IMG/VR virus record: IMGVR_UViG_3300043399_000339
Span: 523 to 64,522 of that record
Reading direction: 5' to 3' (one strand)
DNA length: 64,000 bases
DNA from: a virus
Lineage: Duplodnaviria; Caudoviricetes
Shown piece after piece: positions 8,093-15,735 of the stretch (position 1 is its first letter; each line of letters begins with the position of its first letter). The translations under genes and the position numbers were made by a program. The notes beneath the pieces are model-generated. The model worked only from the letters and a program-made list of their open reading frames with translations, made no database searches and was not told the origin of the DNA.

Positions 8093-10821
8093 TGCCAGAA
8101 TTAGTTACAGTAGATGCGGAAACGTTTTACTCACGAGATTTCAGTCTAACCAAGCTGACTACCGAGGCATACGTACGCGACAGCAGGTTCGAGGTCATCG
8201 GCGTGGCTATCAAGATCGGAGATGGGCGTACTACGTGGTACCCAAAGCCAGAAGTAGCCGGAGCCATCGAGAGTATCGACTGGTCGGACAAGCTGGTGCT
8301 GGCGCAGAACTGCGCCTTCGACGCGGCCATCCTGGCGTGGCGCTACGGCGTCAAACCGTTGGCTTGGCTGGACACGCTTGGCATGTCGCGCGCGCTGTTT
8401 CCGCACGAGAAGTCGCACAGTTTGGACGCGCAGGCCAAACGCATGGGGGTGGGTACCAAGGGCACTGAGGTGCACAACGCGCTTGGCATGCGGTATGAGG
8501 ACTTCACCCCGGCGACGCTGGCTCCGTATGGCGCCTACTGCAAGAACGACGTTGAGCTGACCTACGGCCTATTCCAGCGCTACATGGCCATGGGCTTCCC
8601 CAAGCAGGAGCTCAAACTGATCGACATGACGTTGCGCATGTTCGTGGAGCCCGTGCTGAAGCTAGACGCAGACCTGCTGACCAAGCATTTGGTGGAGGTA
8701 CGGTCACGCAAGCGAGAACTGCTGGAGCGGGTGCGCGACAACATGCTGGCCAACGCCGACCCGGACTACATAGCCACGGTGTTCTCCGAAGGCACGGAGG
8801 GTATCAAGAAGCTGCTGATGAGCAACGAGAAGTTTGCCGCTGCCCTGCAGTCCCTCGGCGTCGACCCACCGCGCAAAGTAAGCGCCACCACGGGCAAGGA
8901 GACCTGGGCGTTTGCCAAGACCGACGAGGCATTCAAAGCTCTGGAGGAGCACCCGAGCGAGGAGGTGCAAGCACTGGTGGCTGCGCGGTTGGGCAACAAG
9001 ACGACGCTAGAGGAGACCCGCACGGAGCGGTTCATTGATATGGCGCGCCGCGGCGCGTTCCCGGTGCCCCTGCGGTACTACGGAGCACACTCCGGTCGTT
9101 GGTCTGGCCAGGACGCCGTGAACATGCAGAACCTTCCCTCCCGCGGTCCCAACGCCGGCGCCATCAAGAAAGCCATATTGCCCCCGGATGGGCACGTGAT
9201 GATCGACTGCGACTCCGCGCAGATCGAAGCGCGAACCCTGGCGTGGCTGGCTGGGCAGGACGATCTGGTGCAAGCGTTCCGCGACAAGCAGGACGTTTAC
9301 AAACTCATGGCGTCGAAGATTTACGGCGTGCCAGTGGAGGAAGTCACCCCATTGCAGCGGCAAGTCGGAAAGACCGTGGTGCTTGGGGCCGGCTACGGCG
9401 TCGGGCACGTAAAACTACAAGGGTTCCTGAAGGTTCAGGCCAAGGTCGAAGTTAGTCTGTCGGAGGCCAAGCGCATCATTGACACATACCGCGCGGCGGC
9501 CCCAAGGATCACGGAACTGTGGGCGCGCTCCGGCGACGCGCTGCGCGCGCTGATGATGGGTCAGGAGATGCCGATTGATGTACCCGGGCTGGTTCGTGTT
9601 GTACCCGGGCAGGGCCTGACGCTGCCAAGCGGGCTGTGCATTCAGTACCCAGAGCTGCGCGCGGTGACCGGCAAGGATGGCAAACGCGAGCTGGTGTACA
9701 CGTCGAAGGGGCTGCCCGTCCGGATCTACGGCGGGAAGTGCTTAGGGGCAGACACAGAAGTTCTGACTCCTAGGGGCTGGGTGCCGATCGTATCCGTAGC
9801 AACCGACGACAAAGTCTGGGACGGTGTGGAATGGGTAAATCATTCCGGGTTGACGTTCCAAGGTTATAAGCCTACCATCGTACTGAACGGGGTCCGTATG
9901 ACCGAGGACCACGAAGTTCTTACTAACTACGGGTGGCGAGATGCATCATCGTGCGAAGGACTATACGGGGCAGACTTTTGGATGCCTGACGGCAGTGAGG
10001 TACGCGGGGGCCGAACGGCGTTCCATCTGGGAGTTCCAGTGCCGATGCGGGGCGCGCGTAACCCGGACGGCGATAGACGTGGAGAAATATGCGAAGCGTG
10101 GTGGAAATTCGTCTTGCGGCTGCGCAGTCGGGGAAAAAAGTGCTACGCACGCGATGTCGAACCACCCAGCGTATTGGGTTTGGAGGTCAATGCGAGACCG
10201 CTGCAAGCTACCTTCGCATCAGGCGTGGCACAACTATGGAGCGCGTGGGATAACGGTATGCGCAGAGTGGGAGAAGTCGTTCGAGCGGTTTTGGCAGGAC
10301 ATGGGCTCTACATATCAGCCTGGGCTCACGCTGGATCGGAAAGACAACAACCTGGGATACAGCCCAGAAAACTGCCGCTGGGTGTCTATGGCCGTGCAAG
10401 CCGGGAACCGAAGGAACTCGCTCCCAGTGGACATCCGCAAGGCGCACGAGTTGACGGGGGTGCCGAGGTCTACACTGGAATTCCGATGGAAACGCGGCCT
10501 GTCTATGACCTCCTCAACGCCGGACCCAGATCGCGGTTCGTGGTCCGAGGTTCTTCGGGCCCGTTCGTAGTCCACAACTGCGTCGAGAACTTCACGCAGG
10601 CCATCGCGCGGTGCATCGTGGCTGAGCAGATGCTGCGCATATCCAAGCGGTACCCAGTGGTGCTGACGGTGCACGACGCTGCAGCAATCGTGGCGCCGGA
10701 GGCAAAGGCCGACGAGGCACGGGCCTACGTGGAGGAGTGCATGAGCTGGAACCCTGCCTGGGCGCAAGGGCTGCCACTGGCCTGCGAGTCTGGGGTTGGA
10801 GCGAGCTACGGCGACTGCTAA
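8092..10821 (+). CDS. Family-A DNA polymerase with 3'-5' exonuclease domain (intein-containing precursor)
   Basis: DAET, NCAFD, YCKNDV exonuclease motifs; GRWSG..NMQNLP; DSAQIEAR motif A; RQVGKTVVLGAGYG motif B; VHD motif C. Confidence 0.95.
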   Translation: MPELVTVDAETFYSRDFSLTKLTTEAYVRDSRFEVIGVAIKIGDGRTTWYPKPEVAGAIESIDWSDKLVLAQNCAFDAAILAWRYGVKPLAWLDTLGMSRALFPHEKSHSLDAQAKRMGVGTKGTEVHNALGMRYEDFTPATLAPYGAYCKNDVELTYGLFQRYMAMGFPKQELKLIDMTLRMFVEPVLKLDADLLTKHLVEVRSRKRELLERVRDNMLANADPDYIATVFSEGTEGIKKLLMSNEKFAAALQSLGVDPPRKVSATTGKETWAFAKTDEAFKALEEHPSEEVQALVAARLGNKTTLEETRTERFIDMARRGAFPVPLRYYGAHSGRWSGQDAVNMQNLPSRGPNAGAIKKAILPPDGHVMIDCDSAQIEARTLAWLAGQDDLVQAFRDKQDVYKLMASKIYGVPVEEVTPLQRQVGKTVVLGAGYGVGHVKLQGFLKVQAKVEVSLSEAKRIIDTYRAAAPRITELWARSGDALRALMMGQEMPIDVPGLVRVVPGQGLTLPSGLCIQYPELRAVTGKDGKRELVYTSKGLPVRIYGGKCLGADTEVLTPRGWVPIVSVATDDKVWDGVEWVNHSGLTFQGYKPTIVLNGVRMTEDHEVLTNYGWRDASSCEGLYGADFWMPDGSEVRGGRTAFHLGVPVPMRGARNPDGDRRGEICEAWWKFVLRLRSRGKKCYARDVEPPSVLGLEVNARPLQATFASGVAQLWSAWDNGMRRVGEVVRAVLAGHGLYISAWAHAGSERQQPGIQPRKLPLGVYGRASREPKELAPSGHPQGARVDGGAEVYTGIPMETRPVYDLLNAGPRSRFVVRGSSGPFVVHNCVENFTQAIARCIVAEQMLRISKRYPVVLTVHDAAAIVAPEAKADEARAYVEECMSWNPAWAQGLPLACESGVGASYGDC
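9739..10578 (+). mobile_element. Intein (280 aa) in DNA polymerase, inserted at YGGK/CVEN
   Basis: Block A CLGADTEVLT..GW; block B TEDH; block F VYDL..AGP..RF; terminal HN followed by extein Cys; removal restores YGGK-CVENFTQA. Confidence 0.93.
9941..10570 (+). CDS. HNH-type homing endonuclease nested in the +1 frame of the intein
   Basis: DYTGQTFG.LT..W..QCRCG..SCGC; Y..W.SM..RC...YGARGI.VC.EW..SFE.F..DMG...TLDRKDNN.GYSPENCRW...QA.NRR; C-terminal HTH-like segment. Confidence 0.88.
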   Translation: MHHRAKDYTGQTFGCLTAVRYAGAERRSIWEFQCRCGARVTRTAIDVEKYAKRGGNSSCGCAVGEKSATHAMSNHPAYWVWRSMRDRCKLPSHQAWHNYGARGITVCAEWEKSFERFWQDMGSTYQPGLTLDRKDNNLGYSPENCRWVSMAVQAGNRRNSLPVDIRKAHELTGVPRSTLEFRWKRGLSMTSSTPDPDRGSWSEVLRARS

Positions 10822-10849
10822 ACTGCACGGGCACTTTAAAAGGAACTTC

Positions 10850-11509
10850 ATGAAACTAGCCCATTCGTACTCATCAATCAAGCAGTTTGACACGTGTCCT
10901 AGACAGTACAACGAAGTACGCATACTCAAGAAATTCAAGTCCAGTGAAACCGATGCAACTCGGTATGGTACGGAGGTACACAAATCGTTGGAGCTCAACT
11001 TGATGGAAGGCCAACCCATTCCAGACAAGTTCAAGCAGTTCGAGCGGTTTGTGGCGCCCCTGCGCGGCTTGACCGGCACCATGCTGTGCGAGCAGAAGAT
11101 GGGTATCCGCGCGGACTTCTCGCCGTGCGACTTCTTCGACCCCGAGGTGTGGTTCCGCGGCGTGCCGGACGTGCTGGTAGTGAACGGAGAGACGGCGCGG
11201 GTCGGGGATTGGAAGACCGGCAAGTCCAGCCGGTATGCTGACACGGCCCAGCTTGAGCTGATGGCTGGCATGGTGTTCGCGCACTATCCGGACGTGCAGC
11301 GCGTCAAGGGCGCCCTGATCTTCTTGGTGGCTAACGACGTGGTGAAGGCCGACTATACGCGCGACCAGTTTGCTGAGATCATGTCGAAGTGGGCAGGCAA
11401 AGCCTCGCAGATCGAGGCCGCCGTGGAGTCTGGTGTGTGGAACCCGCGCAAAGGGCCCCTGTGCAAGTTCTGCCCGGTGTCTGCAGACGTCTGCGAATTT
11501 AAGGAGTGA
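10850..11509 (+). CDS. PD-(D/E)XK (Cas4/RecB-like) exonuclease
   Basis: SYSS...F..CP, GT.VH, D...DWKTGK, QL, C.FC. Confidence 0.88.
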   Translation: MKLAHSYSSIKQFDTCPRQYNEVRILKKFKSSETDATRYGTEVHKSLELNLMEGQPIPDKFKQFERFVAPLRGLTGTMLCEQKMGIRADFSPCDFFDPEVWFRGVPDVLVVNGETARVGDWKTGKSSRYADTAQLELMAGMVFAHYPDVQRVKGALIFLVANDVVKADYTRDQFAEIMSKWAGKASQIEAAVESGVWNPRKGPLCKFCPVSADVCEFKE

Positions 11510-11528
11510 GCCATGGAAGGAAGTGGAT

Positions 11529-11783
11529 ATGCCTAGGAACCCCCGCGACTACCAGAAGGAGCGGGCCTACGACGGCAAGCCCGAAGTCAAAGCCAAGCGC
11601 GCGGAGCGCAACCGCGCCCGCCGAATGTACGAGAAAGAGCACGGCGACCTGCCGAGCTCCGTAGACGTAGACCACAAAAAGCCTTTGGCCAAGGGTGGCA
11701 CGACCAAACTCGGCAACCTACGTGCTGTGCCGGCGGCCAAAAACCGCTCGTTTGCTCGCACCAAAACCGCTCGGATGAAGTAA
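11529..11783 (+). CDS. Small HNH endonuclease
   Basis: DVDHKKPL.KGG....NLR.V....NRS. Confidence 0.85.
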   Translation: MPRNPRDYQKERAYDGKPEVKAKRAERNRARRMYEKEHGDLPSSVDVDHKKPLAKGGTTKLGNLRAVPAAKNRSFARTKTARMK

Positions 11784-11845
11784 ACTGACCCTGCCGGCGG
11801 CTTCTCGCAGTTGCCGTTGGTATCTCCTTTGGGTTGAGACTTTTT

Positions 11846-11876
11846 GGCTCGGTAGTTTTACTACCGAGCCTCTTTT
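11846..11876 (+). terminator. Intrinsic terminator
   Basis: GGCTCGGTAG-TTTTA-CTACCGAGCC then TCTTTT. Confidence 0.6.
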
Positions 11877-11889
11877 CCGTACGCGTACT

Positions 11890-13470
11890 ATGCAAATCAT
11901 TGAAAACCGTGCACTCCAATTCGTCACACGCAAAGCTGACCAGATCACTGCCCTCATACCAAAATCTAAAATACTCGACAGAAAAGACGACAAGGCAAAG
12001 GTCCTAGTGGACTGGAGCCACGAGGCATGGCAGCTGCTGCGCAACCTGGGCATCAAGAACGTGCCGCACCCGATCACGGGCCGGTACAAGTGGCCGGGCA
12101 TCTACTCGCCGTTCAAGCACCAGATCGAGACCGCTGAGTTTCTTGTAGCTAACCCTAGGTGTTACTGTTTCAACGAGGCCGGAACCGGAAAGACTAACGC
12201 AGCCGCATGGGCATCTGACTTCTTGCTTAGCAAAGGGTTGGTTAAGCGGGTGCTGATAGTGTGCCCGGTATCGATCATGGACACCGCGTGGCGCGCGGAC
12301 CTCTTCAGAACGCTGATGCACCGCAGTGTGGGTATAGCGTCGGGCACGCGTCCGCAGCGAGAGGCCGTCATTCGCAGCAACTACGAGTTCGTCATCATCA
12401 ACTTCGATGGTGTGAAAGTGGTGCTAGACGCTCTGCTGGAGGGTGGCTTCGATCTGGTAATCATTGACGAGGCGACAGCAGTCAAGAACGCGCAGACCGA
12501 GCGGTGGAAGGCGCTTAGTGCAGTGTGTAAGCCCGGGGTACGTGTTTGGGCTATGACCGGCACGCCGGCCGCGCAGTCTCCGCTCGACGCCTACGGGCTG
12601 GCAAAGCTCGTTCGGCCCGAGTCCGTGCCGAGGTCGTTTACGTTCTGGCGCACTTTGGTGATGAACAAGATCACGCAGTTCAAATGGGTGCCGCGGCCAG
12701 AAGCCAAGCAGATCGTGCATGAGGCGCTGCAGCCGGCCTTGCGATTCACCAAGGAAGAGTGCCTGGACTTGCCGGACCTGCTGTTCACCTCGCGCGAGGT
12801 ACAGCTGACGCCTCAGCAAACCAAATACTACGACACGATCAAGCAAAATATGGTGGCCCTAGCTGCGGGCGAAGAGATCACTGCGGCTAACGCAGCGGCG
12901 CTAATCAATAAGCTCCTTCAAATTTCTCTAGGCGCGGCGTACACGGACACTAAAGATATTATTGAGTTTGACATAAGCAACCGCGTAGACGAGCTCATGG
13001 ACATCATCGCTAGCACTAAAAACAAAGTGCTAGTATTTGTACCATACCGGCACGTCACGACAAAACTGGAGGCCGAGCTCAACGCCCGCATCGTCAAGCT
13101 GATCGGCGACCAGCCGGAGTCGTATCAAGTAGCTCATATCCATGGGGGTACGCCTGCGGGCCAGCGCGCGGAGATCATCAAGAACTTCCAGACCGAGGAC
13201 ACCGTGAAAGTTCTATTGCTGGCCCCGGCAGCCGCCGGGCACGGCATCACTCTCACCCGGGCGGATCAGATCGTCTGGTGGGGGCCTACGACGTCGGCCG
13301 AGCTGTATCTGCAGTGCAACGCCCGAGCGCACCGCGCGGGGCAGCGCAATTGCGTAACCGTCACGCACCTGCAGGGCAGCCCCGTGGAGAAGCGCATGTA
13401 CGCCGCCTTGCAAAACAAGGTCAGCGACCATGTCGACTTGGTCGAGCTCTACAAACAGGAGATCGCTTGA
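11890..13470 (+). CDS. SNF2-family helicase
   Basis: GTGKT, IIDEAT, MTGTP, GHGITL, RAHRAGQ. Confidence 0.92.
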   Translation: MQIIENRALQFVTRKADQITALIPKSKILDRKDDKAKVLVDWSHEAWQLLRNLGIKNVPHPITGRYKWPGIYSPFKHQIETAEFLVANPRCYCFNEAGTGKTNAAAWASDFLLSKGLVKRVLIVCPVSIMDTAWRADLFRTLMHRSVGIASGTRPQREAVIRSNYEFVIINFDGVKVVLDALLEGGFDLVIIDEATAVKNAQTERWKALSAVCKPGVRVWAMTGTPAAQSPLDAYGLAKLVRPESVPRSFTFWRTLVMNKITQFKWVPRPEAKQIVHEALQPALRFTKEECLDLPDLLFTSREVQLTPQQTKYYDTIKQNMVALAAGEEITAANAAALINKLLQISLGAAYTDTKDIIEFDISNRVDELMDIIASTKNKVLVFVPYRHVTTKLEAELNARIVKLIGDQPESYQVAHIHGGTPAGQRAEIIKNFQTEDTVKVLLLAPAAAGHGITLTRADQIVWWGPTTSAELYLQCNARAHRAGQRNCVTVTHLQGSPVEKRMYAALQNKVSDHVDLVELYKQEIA

Positions 13471-13496
13471 CCGTTTGAAACTTCACAATGTATAAT
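13467..13496 (+). promoter_or_regulatory. Sigma70-type promoter
   Basis: TTGACC-18-TATAAT upstream of 13524. Confidence 0.7.
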
Positions 13497-13523
13497 TAGA
13501 CCCACTAACCCAAAGGAACAAAA

Positions 13524-13922
13524 ATGGACGCTGACAAGCTCGTCAAGGCCTACATCAAGATTCGCACCGCGAAGGAAGAACTGGTCAAGAAGCACGAAGA
13601 AGAGCTGGCCAAGCTGCAGGAGCAGATGGCCGTTATCGAAGCCGAGCTGCTGGAGCTCTGCAAAGAGACCGGCCAAGACGGGGGCAAGACCCAGTTCGGC
13701 ACCTTCACCCGCACCGTCAAGACGCGCTACTGGACAAATGACTGGGGCAGCATGTACCAGTTCATCTCCGAAAACAACGCGCTCGACCTGCTGGAACAGC
13801 GTTTGCATCAAACCAACCTCAAGCAGTTTTTGAAGGACAATCCTGATAAGATGCCCGCTGGTTTGAATGCTGACTCCAAGTATTCAATCCTCGTAAGGAG
13901 AGCAAAACCCCAAGTGCCTTGA
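13524..13922 (+). CDS. Conserved phage replication-module protein
   Basis: Coiled coil plus KTQFGT...DW...F motif; AAGGA RBS. Confidence 0.75.
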   Translation: MDADKLVKAYIKIRTAKEELVKKHEEELAKLQEQMAVIEAELLELCKETGQDGGKTQFGTFTRTVKTRYWTNDWGSMYQFISENNALDLLEQRLHQTNLKQFLKDNPDKMPAGLNADSKYSILVRRAKPQVP

Positions 13923-13966
13923 ATCTCAACCCAACCCACAACCCAAACCAACTGCAGCTTACAAAC

Positions 13967-14212
13967 ATGTTCACCATCGAAACCAACATCCCCGTCCCCG
14001 CTCGTGCCTCTGGCGGCAAAATCCTGTACCCCTTCGCTTCGATGCAAGTGGGCGACAGCTTCCTGGCCACCTCCGAGCTGCCCATCACCCCCGAGCACCG
14101 CCGTCGTATCTCTGCAGCCACCGCTGCCTATGCGCGTCGCAACCCGAGCCTGGGCGTGAAGTTCTCTGTTCGTTCCACCGAGCAGGGCCTGCGCGTCTGG
14201 CGCGTGGCTTAA
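13967..14212 (+). CDS. Small conserved phage protein
   Basis: IE.NIPVP..YPF..M.VGDSF...G.RVWRV; similar to 18560..18793. Confidence 0.7.
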   Translation: MFTIETNIPVPARASGGKILYPFASMQVGDSFLATSELPITPEHRRRISAATAAYARRNPSLGVKFSVRSTEQGLRVWRVA

Positions 14213-14222
14213 GGGGTATAAC

Positions 14223-14462
14223 ATGAGCGAAGCCCAACGCCCCCTTACGTTCGGTGAAAAAGCCGTAGGTCTCACGTTCAACCCCAGCAACGATCCTACT
14301 GTGCAAGCCATCAAACAAAAGTTTGCCGATGTGATCGACGAAATTCACGAGCTCCGCACCAATCAACCCAACGCTGAAATCGCGCGCATGGCGAGCATCG
14401 CTATCACTGAAGCGCAAACCGCGCAGATGTGGGCGGTAAAAGCCGCCACGTGGTCCAACTAA
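14223..14462 (+). CDS. Acb2/Tad1-like helical hairpin protein (putative immune-signal sponge)
   Basis: TFGEKAVGLTFNPS...K.KFAD.ID...R.ASIAITEAQTAQMWAVKA.TW. Confidence 0.6.
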   Translation: MSEAQRPLTFGEKAVGLTFNPSNDPTVQAIKQKFADVIDEIHELRTNQPNAEIARMASIAITEAQTAQMWAVKAATWSN

Positions 14463-14483
14463 CCTATCCAATCCTGTCAAATC

Positions 14484-15383
14484 ATGAGCAACATCACTCT
14501 TTTCAAGCAAGGCGGCTCCGTCGTTCCCGATTACCTGCGTGAGGTCGACGAGACCACGAAGCTGCTGGCTGGCAACAGCGGCGGCAAGCAGATTTCCATC
14601 AAGGGCGGCGTGTGGCGAATGATCGTCGGCGGTGAAGAGGTGGCCAAGAACGAGGACCGTGCGATGAATTTCGTCGTCCTTGCCGCGGCCCCCAAGGTGC
14701 ACCGCACGTTCTTCATGGAGAAGTACGAGGACGGCAAGACCATTGACCCAGCCTGCTGGTCCGCTGATGGCGTGGCGCCCAACGAAGAAGTGCCGGCGAC
14801 TACCCGTCAGAGCAGTGCTTGCGCCACCTGCAAGCAGAACATCGCGGGGTCTGGTGAAGGCAACAGCCGCGCGTGCCGGTATAGCCGCCGCCTTGCAGTG
14901 GCGCTGGAGAACGACATCTCGGGCAACGTCTACCGCCTGCAGCTGCCGGCCAAGTCGATCTTCGGCAAACCCGAAGGCGAGAAGATGCCCCTGGATGCTT
15001 ACGCCAAGTTCTTGGCTGGCCACGGCGTGCCGATCACCGGCGTGGTCACCGAGGCTCGCTTCGACACCAGCGAAGCTGTGCCAGTCCTGAAGTTCCGCGC
15101 CGTGCGCTCTCTCAGCCGCGAGGAGTGGGAAGAGGCTAAGGCCGCAGCCAAGACCGACGACGCCCAGCGCGCCATCGAGTTCAAGATGGTCGTGAAGCCC
15201 AAGGACGGCAATGGCATGGCAGCCCATGCTCCGGCAGCAGCACCTCGCGCAGCAGCCCCCGCAGCTTCTGACGACATTCCTGAGCCGACCAAGCGTTCCA
15301 CCCGTAAGGAGACGGCAGCTACGCCGGCGCCTGCCGAGGATCGCGCAAAGGCGGTGCTGGACGAGTGGGCTACGGATGACTAA
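14484..15383 (+). CDS. Putative single-stranded DNA-binding/annealing protein
   Basis: P.CWS.DG..P, C..C..N..GS, C...RRLAV; low-complexity acidic tail; located in replication module. Confidence 0.7.
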   Translation: MSNITLFKQGGSVVPDYLREVDETTKLLAGNSGGKQISIKGGVWRMIVGGEEVAKNEDRAMNFVVLAAAPKVHRTFFMEKYEDGKTIDPACWSADGVAPNEEVPATTRQSSACATCKQNIAGSGEGNSRACRYSRRLAVALENDISGNVYRLQLPAKSIFGKPEGEKMPLDAYAKFLAGHGVPITGVVTEARFDTSEAVPVLKFRAVRSLSREEWEEAKAAAKTDDAQRAIEFKMVVKPKDGNGMAAHAPAAAPRAAAPAASDDIPEPTKRSTRKETAATPAPAEDRAKAVLDEWATDD

Positions 15384-15630
15384 GGTCAGTCAACGGGGCT
15401 ACGACACAAACGTAGCAAAGAAGGTGCTGGGGGTCTCCCCCAGCTCCGCAGTGATCCGACTCGGACACTTCTGCGTGGTCAACAACATTTCTGCTGCCCA
15501 CGTGGCCTCGCGGCTGGGAGTTTCCAGAACTACGGTGTATTCGTGGTTCACCGGTACCCACACCGCGAGGCCGAAAGCAGAAGCGTTGGCTGCAAAGCTG
15601 CTTGCCGAGTTACAAGCTCAACTGCAATAA
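15376..15630 (+). CDS. Cro/XRE-like HTH protein
   Basis: VASRLGVSRTTVYSWFTG. Confidence 0.8.
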   Translation: MTKVSQRGYDTNVAKKVLGVSPSSAVIRLGHFCVVNNISAAHVASRLGVSRTTVYSWFTGTHTARPKAEALAAKLLAELQAQLQ

Positions 15631-15638
15631 TCCTTCGC

Positions 15639-15707
15639 TCTGGGGGATAGGCCCGGCTGATCCCCGGGTGACAAGGCGGGACACGGGACCGCTTCCCCCA
15701 GATTTTT
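15639..15707 (+). promoter_or_regulatory. Structured element / attenuator-like three-way junction upstream of primase
   Basis: TCTGGGGGA/TCCCCCAGA outer stem enclosing two inner hairpins, followed by TTTTT. Confidence 0.45.
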
Positions 15708-15735
15708 ACCCGCTCCTCGACCCCCGTGAGGTACC

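Noticed and set aside
9739-10578. Group I intron explanation for the nested endonuclease
   Set aside because: The insertion has complete protein-splicing motifs and an uninterrupted frame, so RNA splicing is not needed.
10850-11509. Cas4 as part of a CRISPR system
   Set aside because: It is a typical standalone phage PD-(D/E)XK exonuclease in a replication module, with no array or other cas genes.
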